Shown here: in pieces, positions 23,594 through 35,399 of the stretch | Numbering within the stretch: the first letter of the stretch is position 1 | Layout of the letters: every line of letters starts with the position of its first letter | Source: Octopus bimaculoides | Lineage: Eukaryota | Length of the DNA: 40,351 nt | Assembly: GCF_001194135.2 (NCBI RefSeq) | Contig: NC_068981.1 | Coordinates: 138,782,070-138,822,420 of the forward strand | Reading direction: 5' to 3' | Made by a program: the position numbers and the translations under genes | Notes under the pieces: model-generated | Told to the model about the DNA's origin: nothing | Databases searched by the model: none | The model's input: the letters and a program-made list of their open reading frames with translations, nothing else

Positions 23594-24029
23594 NNNNNNN
23601 NNNNNNNNNNNNNNNNNNNNNNNNNNNNNNNNNNNNNNNNNNNNNNNNNNNNNNNNNNNNNNNNNNNNNNNNNNNNNNNNNNNNNNNNNNNNNNNNNNNN
23701 NNNNNNNNNNNNNNNNNNNNNNNNNNNNNNNNNNNNNNNNNNNNNNNNNNNNNNNNNNNNNNNNNNNNNNNNNNNNNNNNNNNNNNNNNNNNNNNNNNNN
23801 NNNNNNNNNNNNNNNNNNNNNNNNNNNNNNNNNNNNNNNNNNNNNNNNNNNNNNNNNNNNNNNNNNNNNNNNNNNNNNNNNNNNNNNNNNNNNNNNNNNN
23901 NNNNNNNNNNNNNNNNNNNNNNNNNNNNNNNNNNNNNNNNNNNNNNNNNNNNNNNNNNNNNNNNNNNNNNNNNNNNNTTTTTTTTGACACAGATTTAAAG
24001 AGTATTAGTCAAATGTGAAAGTCTGCAGG

Positions 24030-24030
24030 G

Positions 24031-24098
<68 letters not shown>

Positions 24099-24142
24099 TA
24101 TTATTGTTATTATTATTGTTACTATTATTATTGTTATTATTA

Positions 24143-24207
<65 letters not shown>

Positions 24208-24208
24208 G
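24030..24208. repeat. (ATT)n microsatellite with act/gtt variants
   Basis: Seen directly; source of the poly-N and poly-Y ORFs. Confidence 0.97.
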
Positions 24209-24372
24209 CTGTAAAGTGCTACACCTCCGCCTAACATGTATGCATGTATGAAGTTCTTGCAATTTCTGAATGTCTTCATGTTGCTTGCTTCTCTTCCTCC
24301 TCCTCGTCATCCTCTCTTTCTTTTCTGTCATTCTTTTCCATTTTCTCACCCTCTCCTTCTCTCTCCTCCCTC

Positions 24373-24419
<47 letters not shown>

Positions 24420-25196
24420 CCATCTTACTTTCTCTGTTACCCCTTCTCTCTTCTCTATCCGTTACTCCTATATTATCATCTGTTACTGAAGAAGACAAAA
24501 CTTCACGCTTCTACAGTACTGATTGAATCATTCTTCTCCCTCTTATCCACACATACACACACTTTCGTATATGCATACATACAAACACATACACGTATAT
24601 ACACACACATACACAGACACAAACACACACACATATACACATAAACACGTACGTACATACAAACCATTAACTCATATACATATGTAGTTAGATAAACTTA
24701 TAAAGTGTTGGACCAATATATAACTTAATAACATCACCTGATGAAACCATTTTTGTCATATTGTACGGCTCACAGCACATTTGAGTAGGGAGTCATTGAT
24801 GGCCTAAACTTATCAGTGTATCGATGGTTTGTCTGATATTTTGTCGGGAAACTGGTTCAGATAACGTTTGAATATTATACAAACATTTTCTTCCTTGATT
24901 TTATTGTTGAATGGTACAAGATCAATTGAACTAAGAGTAAAATTAAAAAAAAAAAGCAATAATGAAGTCATACCGGTTTACGGTTAAGTGCTGTGATTTC
25001 GATTTGGTTCGAGGGCGGACGGAGCTTCAGCCCTTTGGTGAGGTGAATTTTAATGCTGATAGTATATTTTCCACGTTATACAAATAATGTGCTTTTAATG
25101 GCAATGATAAAGAAAACAAGATCTAAGTATTTTGAAATGATCTCAGTAATGAAGGATTGTCATGATATTCATGTTTGTAATAAATGTTCTGTCAAA

Positions 25197-25411
25197 GGCG
25201 ACGAGCTGGCAGAACCGTTAACAAGCCGGACGAAATGCTTAGCGGTATTTCGTCAGTCTTTACATTCTGAGTTCATATTCCGCCGTGCTCGACTTTGCCT
25301 TTCATCCTTTCGGGGTCGATAAACTAAGTACCAGTTGCGTACTGGAGTCGATCTAATTGAGTGGGCCCCCCACCCCATAAATTTCGGGCCTTGTGCCTAG
25401 AATAGAAAAGA
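25197..25411 (+). mobile_element. SINE family A, full length, with TSD
   Basis: Near consensus. Flanks ataaatgttctgtca / ataaatgttatgtca. Confidence 0.92.
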
Positions 25412-25494
25412 ATAAATGTTATGTCAGATATCTCGATAATCATTATAGTTTGTTGGATATGGAGAAAAAGTAGAGAACAGAAGAATGAGGACAT

Positions 25495-25735
25495 CTTTTA
25501 GCTTTAATCTTTCACTTGTTTCAGTCATTAGACTGCGGCCATGCTTGGGCACCGCCTTGAAGAATTTTTGTCAAACGAATCGACTTTAGTACTCATATTT
25601 TTTAAGCCTGGTACTTAATGTGCCGGTCTCTTTTGCCGAACGCAAAATTACGGGGACGTAAGTACATCCACATTGGTTCTCAATTGTCAAGTAATGGAGG
25701 CTGGGACAAATACAAAGTCATGCACACGCACACAC
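25495..25735 (-). mobile_element. 3' half of a CORE-type SINE
   Basis: cacttgtttcagtcattagactgcggccatgc...ggtctcttttgccgaacg...tacggggacgtaa, homologous to 10872-11090. Confidence 0.8.
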
Positions 25736-25755
25736 ACACATGCATTCATATATAT

Positions 25756-26138
25756 GTTGTGTGTTGGCACTCCGTCGCTTACGACGTCGAGGATTCCAGT
25801 TGATCCGATCAACGGAACAGCCTGCTCGTGAAACTAACGTGCAAGTGGCTGAGCACTCCACAGACACGTGTACCCTTAACGTAGTTCTCGGGGATATTCA
25901 GCGTGACACAGTGTGACAAGGCTGACCCCTTTGAAATACAGGTACAACAGAAACAGGAAGTAAGAGTAAGTCGTGGTGAAAGAATACAGCAGGGTTCGCC
26001 ACCATCCCCTGCCGGAGCGTCGTGGAGCTTTAGGTGTTTTCGCTCAATAAACACATTCACAACGCCCGGTCTGGGAATCGAAACCGCGATCCTATGACCG
26101 CGAGTCTGCTGCCCTAACCACTGGGCTATTGCGCCTCC
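25756..26138 (-). mobile_element. tRNA-derived SINE family B (head ggaggcgcaatagcccagtggttagg; 3' module ctacgttaagggtacacgtgtctgtgg)
   Basis: A box TAGCCCAGTGG, B box GGTTTCGATTCCC, CORE-like gtgtttattgagcgaaaacacc, and tail cgacggagtgccaacac. Confidence 0.9.
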
Positions 26139-27225
26139 ACTCATATATATATATATATANNNNNNNNNNNNNNNNNNNNNNNNNNNNNNNNNNNNNNNNN
26201 NNNNNNNNNNNNNNNNNNNNNNNNNNNNNNNNNNNNNNNNNNNNNNNNNNNNNNNNNNNNNNNNNNNNNNNNNNNNNNNNNNNNNNNNNNNNNNNNNNNN
26301 NNNNNNNNNNNNNNNNNNNNNNNNNNNNNNNNNNNNNNNNNNNNNNNNNNNNNNNNNNNNNNNNNNNNNNNNNNNNNNNNNNNNNNNNNNNNNNNNNNNN
26401 NNNNNNNNNNNNNNNNNNNNNNNNNNNNNNNNNNNNNNNNNNNNNNNNNNNNNNNNNNNNNNNNNNNNNNNNNNNNNNNNNNNNNNNNNNNNNNNNNNNN
26501 NNNNNNNNNNNNNNNNNNNNNNNNNNNNNNNNNNNNNNNNNNNNNNNNNNNNNNNNNNNNNNNNNNNNNNNNNNNNNNNNNNNNNNNNNNNNNNNNNNNN
26601 NNNNNNNNNNNNNNNNNNNNNNNNNNNNNNNNNNNNNNNNNNNNNNNNNNNNNNNNNNNNNNNNNNNNNNNNNNNNNNNNNNNNNNNNNNNNNNNNNNNN
26701 NNNNNNNNNNNNNNNNNNNNNNNNNNNNNNNNNNNNNNNNNNNNNNNNNNNNNNNNNNNNNNNNNNNNNNNGTGTGTGTGTGTGTGTGTGTGTGTGTGAG
26801 TGTGTGTGTGTGTGCGCGCGCGCGTGATGGTATATCGGTGAAGGATTTTAAATGCGAGAGAAAACTGAAAGCTTCGTTGCTTTTAAAGTGAAGTCTTTTG
26901 CGAAATTGGTTCCACACCGTGTGGCAGATACTTCTTTGGCATTGTCATTATGAGAGATACAATGAGCAGTCCCTGCTCTATTGGAAACCGGTCACCAACG
27001 TCGTTATTGTTCATAAAATCTAATATAAGATAAATCAATATTAGATGTTACTTTTTTAACAAATATTAATTGTATCGTATTACATAGATTACAAAACACC
27101 GTGTAAATTGATCTTGAGCTGCTGGGGTTTCATAAATGGCGACTACTGAAAATGTGTTTCATTTGTTGATTTATTTATCTATCACCTTAGATCGAGATAT
27201 TTTTTTCGTGTCTATACCTATCAAC

Positions 27226-27531
27226 GTGGAGGCACATGGCCTAGTGGTTAGAGCAGCGGACTCGCGGTCGAGGGATCGAGGGTTTGAATCTAAGACAGGG
27301 TTGTGTGTGTGTGTTTATGAGTGAAACACCTAAGCTCCATGCGGTTCCGGCAGAAGGTAATGGCGAACTTCTGCTAACACTTTCGCCACAACTTTCTCTC
27401 ACTCTTTCCTCCTGCATCTAGCAGCTCACCTGCGACGGACTGGCGTCCCGTCCAGGTGGGGAACCTATACGCCAACGAAACCAGGAAACCGGCCCTTATG
27501 AGTCAGGCATGGCTCGAGGAGCAAACAACAA
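27226..27531 (+). mobile_element. tRNA-derived SINE family C (family B head; V-like 3' module ctgcgacggactggcgtcccgtccagg), with a 12-bp TSD
   Basis: The first ~190 bp are homologous to the family B head. TSD atacctatcaac at 27214-27225 and 27532-27543. Confidence 0.9.
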
Positions 27532-27627
27532 ATACCTATCAACAGAGTAAACAATGAGGCCTCTACATGGTCTTTCGACTCGTTAGAAATAACATTCGAT
27601 TTCCCTCAAGTCACAGAGTAGCGTCTT

Positions 27628-27658
<31 letters not shown>

Positions 27659-27747
27659 AAATAGACATATTACTCAGTCTTAGATATGCGAAAAGTCGAA
27701 GTGGTCATCGCTGGAGTTAATCAACAGGGATTAGCTAACGGAGATGT

Positions 27748-27920
27748 CAAGGTAGAGGTATTGTTTTCAGTCGTGTTTGCTTGTTTGTCCGGGGACAAGA
27801 TATCTCAAGAACCACTGGATCGATTCGGATGAAACTTTCAGGGATGTTTGGCCTCGTGACTGGCACGAACTGATTAAATTTTGGGATCGATCCGGTACCG
27901 GAAAAAGATTCTGAATTATT
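27748..27920 (+). mobile_element. Helentron-associated non-autonomous element (HINE/DINE-1-like) fragment
   Basis: aggtattgttttcagtcgtgtttgcttgtttgtcc...gatatctcaagaaccactggatcgattcggatgaaactttcaggg...gattaaattttgggatcgatccgg is a characteristic HINE-like layout. It runs into a gap. Confidence 0.6.
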
Positions 27921-28739
27921 TGTGTGTGTGTGTGTNNNNNNNNNNNNNNNNNNNNNNNNNNNNNNNNNNNNNNNNNNNNNNNNNNNNNNNNNNNNNNNNN
28001 NNNNNNNNNNNNNNNNNNNNNNNNNNNNNNNNNNNNNNNNNNNNNNNNNNNNNNNNNNNNNNNNNNNNNNNNNNNNNNNNNNNNNNNNNNNNNNNNNNNN
28101 NNNNNNNNNNNNNNNNNNNNNNNNNNNNNNNNNNNNNNNNNNNNNNNNNNNNNNNNNNNNNNNNNNNNNNNNNNNNNNNNNNNNNNNNNNNNNNNNNNNN
28201 NNNNNNNNNNNNNNNNNNNNNNNNNNNNNNNNNNNNNNNNNNNNNNNNNNNNNNNNNNNNNNNNNNNNNNNNNNNNNNNNNNNNNNNNNNNNNNNNNNNN
28301 NNNNNNNNNNNNNNNNNNNNNNNNNNNNNNNNNNNNNNNNNNNNNNNNNNNNNNNNNNNNNNNNNNNNNNNNNNNNNNNNNNNNNATATATATATATATA
28401 TATATATATAATTAATAAAACTTATCACAAAAGGTTACTGGAGAGCTCTAAACACAATTTGAGTAATCTTTCTGTTCAGTGGAAGCAACTACTGATTGAA
28501 TGGATTCACCTTTATTGCAATTGACTTAATGCATTTAGCAGTGTCAAATTAAATATTCATCTCTTTAGTCTAATGGATAAAATGTTACACGCTAAATGGT
28601 AAGTAATTGTATGTAGGTCAAGTGGAGATATTTTACAATATCAAGAATAATTATAGCTGTTGCTTGTCAGTCTAATCCTGGATATGAGCTCTTGGTTATT
28701 CATATTGTAATAATAATGTGAATATATGCAGTAGGATTA

Positions 28740-28935
28740 GGGCGGCGTTCCAACAGAATCATTAGCACGTCGGCATTTCGTCCATCTTCAAGTTCTGAGT
28801 TCAAATTCCATCGAGGTCGTGTTTTCTTTCATCCTTTCGGGTACTCGATAAAATAAATACCAGTCGTGTACTCAGGTTGATATAATCGACTTAAACCCTT
28901 CCTCGAAATTGCTGGCCTTGTGCCGAAATTTGGAA
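28740..28935 (+). mobile_element. SINE family A with a short internal deletion and an 18-bp TSD
   Basis: Flanks tgaatatatgcagtagga / tgaatatattcagtagga. Confidence 0.88.
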
Positions 28936-28986
28936 TGAATATATTCAGTAGGAATACAGTAGTGGGTGACAAAATATTATTGTAAA

Positions 28987-29574
28987 CTAGACTATCCATA
29001 ACCCCTTTAGGTCACCAATAGTTCAAGGTACTCCCCAGAAAACTGCGTATTTCGGGAACCCGTGGACCGATTTACGCGAAACTTGTTTTATTCTGTTGTA
29101 TTCACATTTCAATGGTTCTTCACCTTCAGAGTATTTTCCCATTATGTTCCGGCTTGGCAGTTTATAAAGGTACCCGTAAAACCGCGTATCTCGGGAAACC
29201 GTGGTCCGATTCACGCAAAACTTGTTTTATTCCATTTGTATTCCTATTTCAGGGACACTTTACTTTCAGTGTACCACCGGTTTGGCTGCATTAAATTACA
29301 GACAAGCACTCACACAAGCAAGCACGCAAACAAAACTATCCAGGTGTTCACAGTAAAGGGCACACTGCTTAAATTAGTGGAACCCCTACCCAAAAAAAAC
29401 GCGTATCTCGGTATTCCGTGGTCCGATTTACACGAAACTTGTTTTATTTCGTTGTATTCTCATTTCAAGGGTACCTTACTTTCAGAGAATTTTCCCATTA
29501 TATGCCGATTTGGCTGTATAAAATTACAGACAGTCACGCAAGCAAGCAATCACAGACTTTTAATATTGCATAGA
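28987..29574 (-). mobile_element. Non-autonomous Helitron with three internal tandem units
   Basis: The minus strand starts A|TCTATGCAATATTAAAAG and ends ...GTCTAG|T (5' TC, 3' CTAG, AT target, no TSD). Three units begin aaaa(c/a)(t/c)gcgtat(t/c)tcgg...ccgtgg(a/t)ccgatt...aaacttgttttatt near 29039, 29178 and 29397. Confidence 0.72.
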
Positions 29575-29600
29575 TAATAACGATGATGATAAATATGGTT

Positions 29601-29812
29601 ATAAATTTTTGCACAGGGCCAGTAATTTAGGGACAGCGGTGTTCTCAATTACACGGACTCCAGTGCTAAGCTGGTACTTATTTTTTACCGACCCCAACAG
29701 AAGGAAAGTCAAAATCGACCTCGGCTACATTTGAACTCAGAGCATGAAGAGTCGGAAGAAATGCCAATAAGCATTTTCTTCGACGCGCTAATGATTTTAC
29801 TAGCTCGCCGCC
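29601..29812 (-). mobile_element. SINE family A, degenerate
   Basis: Reverse-complement head tagctcgccgcc and B box atttgaactcag. Confidence 0.82.
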
Positions 29813-29881
29813 TTAGCGATATAGTAATCATGACAGCAATAATATTTATATTAATGACAGTACTAACAACAGTAATAATTG

Positions 29882-30103
29882 CTTCTAATTTAGGCACAAG
29901 GCCAACAGTTTTGAGGGGAAGGGGTTAACTGAATTCATCGACCCCAGTACTTATGGACCCCGAAAGAATTAACGTCAAGGTTAATCTCAGCAAGTTAACT
30001 TTGCTTTCATCATTTCGGGGATTTGAAACCAATATATAAAGCACCAGAAGAAACGGGGTGACAATTTGTCTGACGCTCTAACGACTCTACCAGCGCGCCG
30101 TCC
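29882..30103 (-). mobile_element. SINE family A, degenerate, with an internal inverted segment
   Basis: Tail cttctaatttaggcacaaggcc and head ccagcgcgccgtcc; inverted central-domain piece at 29990-30020. Confidence 0.75.
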
Positions 30104-30149
30104 TAGAAAGAACAAAAACAATAATGATGAGGAGGATGATAATGATAAT

Positions 30150-30347
30150 CCTTTCTTCTATAGGCACACGGCCTGAAATTTTTTGGAGAGTGGGGATAGC
30201 CAGGGCTCAACTGATATTAATGTCATCGACCCCGAAAGGATGAACGGCAAAGTCGGGTTCGGCGGAATTTGAAACCAGGACGTAAAACCGGACGAAATTA
30301 CTCTAAGCATTTTGTTTTGGCATGCTAATGATTCTCCGAGCGACAGC
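30150..30347 (-). mobile_element. SINE family A, internally deleted
   Basis: atcgaccccgaaaggatgaacggcaaagtcgggttcggcggaatttgaaacc. Confidence 0.82.
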
Positions 30348-30364
30348 AAAAATGGTGATGAGAC

Positions 30365-30458
30365 GAAGAAGAAGAAGAAGAAGAAGAAGAAGAAGAAGAA
30401 GAAGAAGNNNNNNNNNNAGAAGAAGAAGAAGAAGAAGAAGAAGAAGAAGAAGAAGAAG
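30365..30458. repeat. (AAG)n microsatellite containing a 10-N gap
   Basis: Seen directly; source of the poly-K and poly-F ORFs. Confidence 0.95.
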
Positions 30459-30484
30459 AATTTTTCAAATTCTGTCACAAACCC

Positions 30485-30657
30485 AGCAATTTTAGGGGTT
30501 GATTACATCGATTCCAGTGCCAAGGTGGTACTTTTATTAATCGCATTAAGATCAAACACGAATTTGATCTCCGAATTCAAACGCACAACGTAAAGAGCCG
30601 GAAGAAATGCCGCTAAGCTTCTTGTCCGACGCGCTAATGATTCTACTAATTCATCGC
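30485..30657 (-). mobile_element. SINE family A, strongly degenerate
   Basis: gattacatcgattccagtgc...ggtactt...gaaatgccgctaagc...gcgctaatgattctact. Confidence 0.7.
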
Positions 30658-31074
30658 ATAAATAACAACAACAACAAAAATGACAATAATAATGTTTTTT
30701 TTATTTGCTACAAGTGCTGGAATAGATACAGAGAAAAAAAGGAAAAGAATAAAGAAGTTTACAAATGTGCGGACGAAAAATTACGCTAAGACAAAGGGAA
30801 AGTCATATAAATTTATGCCTGCAGAGCGTTACTTTCTCGATTTCTTTTTTACTTAAAAGTTGTTTTAGTCAATAGGATACCTGTTGCTTCCTCAGTACAT
30901 AAATTATATTGTGTTCTTTGGTGTTTTTGTAAGGTGTATCCTTGGTTAATATTTTTATTGAGAACTATATTCTAAATTGGGTTCCTTCAAATACCAGAGA
31001 TAGCTTGATAACACTGCTGGATTCCTTATTGATGATTTTCTAAATGAACAAAGATTAGAACAATACATTCCTCG

Positions 31075-31345
31075 TTTGAAGAGCTAGTGATAATATTGCA
31101 CTGCTATACTACATTTTCCCTAGTAGTTTGAGTTGATGGAACAATAACTGAGGTTTCTAAAATTGAAATTGTATCCATAGATGCTATTAATATTATCGCT
31201 AGGTGCATTATTGGTGTGTTTATGTTCCCATAACTTAGCGGTTAGGCAAAAGTGACCGATAAAGTTAATACTAGGCTTCTAAAACCAATAAGTACAGGGA
31301 GCTAGTCATTCAACTAAAAATCCTTCAAGACAGTACCCCTTAATA
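31075..31345 (+). mobile_element. Degenerate CORE-type SINE
   Basis: ttggtgtgtttatgttcccataacttagcggttaggcaaaagtgaccgataaa is homologous to the reverse complement of 10872-11090 and 25495-25735. Confidence 0.6.
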
Positions 31346-32617
31346 AGAGGAAACGATATTCTGCGCTAACTTTGGAGCTCGAAAGTAAGACTATTTCGCA
31401 GTATTTGGCTTAATAATTTTATAACACTTGTGTTCACCGAGGGAATGTTTATTGAGTAGGAAGGAGAATCTTTCACTGATTACCGTGACGAATTCAGGGT
31501 TGTATGGCGGATTAAACCAGGTTATGTTCGTATGTTTTCATATATTCCAATTACAAGGTCTAATTCTATCCGTCCTGATATATGAGATTTCTTCGGTGAG
31601 CACACTGTTTCTTATGGCTTGATAGTGACGTGGGGTGCTACCTTTAAAAATTTCTTCATTAGCTGAGATTCCAGAAGCCTGATTTAAACAGGTCTCTTTA
31701 AATTATAGACTTAGCGTGGTTTGAGAATTTGTAAATATAGCGTAGTAACACGTAATGAAACACTATATCTGTATCACGTATTGAGAAACAATTTTCAGAT
31801 TCAGCTTCGTTTGAACCTTATCAACACAGAAATAAATATATATGTTCGTGTGTTTGTGTGTTTGTGTGTTCCTGTAAATTCATAAGTATACATATATATA
31901 TATATATATATATATANNNNNNNNNNNNNNNNNNNNNNNNNNNNNNNNNNNNNNNNNNNNNNNNNNNNNNNNNNNNNNNNNNNNNNNNNNNNNNNNNNNN
32001 NNNNNNNNNNNNNNNNNNNNNNNNNNNNNNNNNNNNNNNNNNNNNNNNNNNNNNNNNNNNNNNNNNNNNNNNNNNNNNNNNNNNNNNNNNNNNNNNNNNN
32101 NNNNNNNNNNNNNNNNNNNNNNNNNNNNNNNNATATATATATATATATATATATATACTTGTATATATATGTGTGTGTGTGTACATATATAGATAGATAG
32201 GTAGGTAGATAGATAGACAAATTTTACACTTATGCATACAGGTATATCTGTGCGTGGGTGAGTGTGTGGGAAGAGGGGTCTGCTTCTTCTGTAGTACAAG
32301 AGCATAAAAGTGAACGAAGCACATGCGCACATAGAGACGCATATGAGAGTGTCCGTATTCATACACACGTGTGTAAATGGATGCGTGAATGTTTCGAATT
32401 GTGTGAGTATGTGTGATTGAGTGAGAGAAAGTGTTGACGTAAGCAGGATTATATATCCAAACATCCTACTTATCTTGTGTACAATGAACATATATCAGAC
32501 TCTACACATTTCTGACAGAAGAGTATATTGAGCACTTTAATGTTTTAGTGCCAAAACAAAAAGACCATATACGTGTGTACATATGTTTATTTATGTGTGT
32601 GTGAATGTATGCGTGCG

Positions 32618-32680
<63 letters not shown>

Positions 32681-32937
32681 TATGTGTGTGTTTGTGTGTA
32701 TTATGTGTGTGTTTGTGTGTATGTGTATATGCATATGAATAATGTATATGTGTATATAGATAGATAAATACTTATATAAATACATACATATTGTCTTTAT
32801 TATTTTGGGTTAAAACATGATATATGTGTGTATAAATAGATGTATACATGTATATTTGCATATATATATATAGACATGTATGTACATACATATACACACA
32901 TACACCCATTTACACACACACACACACACACACACAT

Positions 32938-32970
<33 letters not shown>

Positions 32971-33590
32971 ATATATATATATATATACACATCCATACAT
33001 GTGTGTGTGTGTGTTAGAGTGTACGTGTGTACACAAACACACAAATGCACATATACACATACTTTGCAGATTTTTTCAGACTTATGATTTTATTACTATT
33101 TTTTTCTTTTATTTTCTGGTTTTGTTTTATTTATGAGTCGCTATTTTCTTTAACTGTTACGTCGTATATTCCACTCTTCTTTTATCTGAACTGTTTTGGC
33201 CGCTGGCATACCATTACACACAGTTCCATCTCTGCTTGAAGCAAGCCTCTGTGAAAGAGATGTAAAGCAATTAGCAGTAAATTAACTCAAAATGAAGACA
33301 CTTTCAATAGCCGGCGCGGAACCTCGTACTTTCACGTCTTGGCTCGAGATTTAGGCTGCGTTGTACTTAACGTGGTCCACTTGTCACATATATTACTCCA
33401 ATTTAGAGTTCTTCTTTCTTCTGTTTTCTTCTTGAAAGAAGGGGCAAGGGGATGGAGAAGTGCAACTTGTTATATGTCTGTCTGTAAGTGTGTAAATGTG
33501 TGTGTATATGTGTGGGGGGGACCTGAATTCTGTTTGTATTATGTGTGAATGGATATGGATATACAAATACATAACAACAGTGCAATACAT

Positions 33591-33709
<119 letters not shown>

Positions 33710-33897
33710 TATACATATATATATATATGTCTATGTTGTATATATGTATTTGTATATCTATATCCATACGTACATATATAATACATACACACACACACAT
33801 AAACACATACATGTATGTGTGTAGTATTGTGAACATATATTTAAAATATATGCGCGTGCGTATATATGTGTGTGTATTATACATGTATGTATATAAT

Positions 33898-33930
<33 letters not shown>

Positions 33931-33998
33931 CATTCATATATGAGTATGTGTATGTATGTATGTATATAAATATTTGTAGAACTATATACATACATGCA

Positions 33999-34029
<31 letters not shown>

Positions 34030-34429
34030 TCTTGCATACATATACATACATATAATGTTTGATTCCATTTTAAGGGCAATGGAAATATAGGTTATTGTCT
34101 ACTTTTGTGTTCTTGCATTTTTGTGTTCTTGCATTCGTCCATTTCGTTGTTCATGCATTTATTTCAACTTCAAGCCGCACAAAATATTCGGATTCCTCTT
34201 AACTTCACCCAACTAAGACACATCGCTACATTGTTCGTTAGAAATTATGATACTTGTTCAAAACAACGAGCGAAGCCTTTACTTAAATTTAATGGTTGTA
34301 ATTGTTTGTCTTGTATGTGTTTAAGGGAGACAAAGAAGAACTCTGACCATGACCTTATTGCAAAGGGCTCCTATATTATACGTGTGAATGGAGAAACTGC
34401 TACTCATAAAGTATAGTCAATTTAAAGGA

Positions 34430-34579
34430 CATCCGCACAGTTGCTGAATACCTAATTTCATTCACATAGTTTAAGACGACCCAGATTTATGGCGGAAGGT
34501 TCTTGTGAACGAAAAGTACCTCTCTGTGGGTGAACCCAGAGTCGCGTAATTGAGAAACGAGCTTCTTATTCACACCTCC
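34430..34579 (-). mobile_element. Degenerate CORE-type SINE 5' half
   Basis: Reverse complement: gtgtgaataagaagctcgtttctcaattacgcgactctgggttcacccac..., the same head type as 5285-5447. Confidence 0.5.
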
Positions 34580-34694
34580 TATCGAAGAAAAATTAAATAA
34601 CTCATATTCTAAAAATAAGTATCGTATATATACACACACACACACACGTATGTGTGTGAATGTGTGTGTGTGTACGAACGTACGTATGTATGCA

Positions 34695-34773
34695 TGTTGT
34701 TATTTAGTTTTATTTCAAGATTTCAAGCCAACAGAGAAAGAGCCGGTTTCTAACCTAGATCCCTGGTTCCTTC
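34695..34773 (-). mobile_element. Extremely 5'-truncated 3' end of the same R4/Dong-like element as 11201-12128
   Basis: The reverse complement gaaggaaccagggatctaggttagaaaccggctctttctctgttggcttgaaatcttgaaataaaactaaataacaac matches 12050-12128. Flanked by TACA-type repeats on both sides. Confidence 0.9.
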
Positions 34774-34853
34774 TATGTATGTATGTATGTATGTATGTGT
34801 TTGGTCATACGTGCACACATACATACGCATGTACATACATACATACATAAAAA

Positions 34854-35023
34854 GGCATGTAGCCTAGTGTCAGAGAGTTACACTCACGATTGCAAGATGA
34901 GGTTTCGATTGCCGGATTAGACGGTGCATTGTGTTCTCGAGCAAAACACTTCATTTCAAACTGTTCAAATCCACTCATATGAAAATGAGTGACCGTGCGA
35001 TGGACCAGCAGCCCGTTCAAGGG
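34854..35023 (+). mobile_element. Degenerate tRNA/CORE/V-like SINE
   Basis: Head ggcatgtagcctagtgtcagag, B box ggtttcgattgcc, CORE-like ttgtgttctcgagcaaaacacttcattt, then gtgcgatggaccagcagcccgttcaagg, as in family C. Confidence 0.65.
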
Positions 35024-35399
35024 AAATTGTGACGTTCGATAGCCTACCTTATGAGTTCAATATATCATATACATTACAGTACTGAAGTTGATGTACTCGA
35101 TTAAACCCCTCCCCTCAAAAATACCTGACATTATATAAAATTTAGATACAATTATGATAACCATTACATTTAACATTATATAATTCTTTGGTAGAGAAAT
35201 GCATAGTTCTATCAGCACATCGTACAATGTTTTCAAGCTAATTGTACAATAAAACTGCTACTTAGGTAATGTGATTTATACTACACACATAATTATTTTC
35301 TATCTGGTAGACAGCAGCATCGAAAGCTTTGTGTCTTGGTTGTGATAAAATTGCAACGATGGTCAACAGTTACCCATTGACTACAGTAGCGTCACACTT

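Noticed and set aside
29023-29577. 171-aa ORF (29062-29577), and the regularly spaced units as a CRISPR array
   Set aside because: The ORF is the tandem units of the Helitron. The units are long, diverged and lack unique equal-length spacers, no cas genes are present, and the DNA is eukaryotic.
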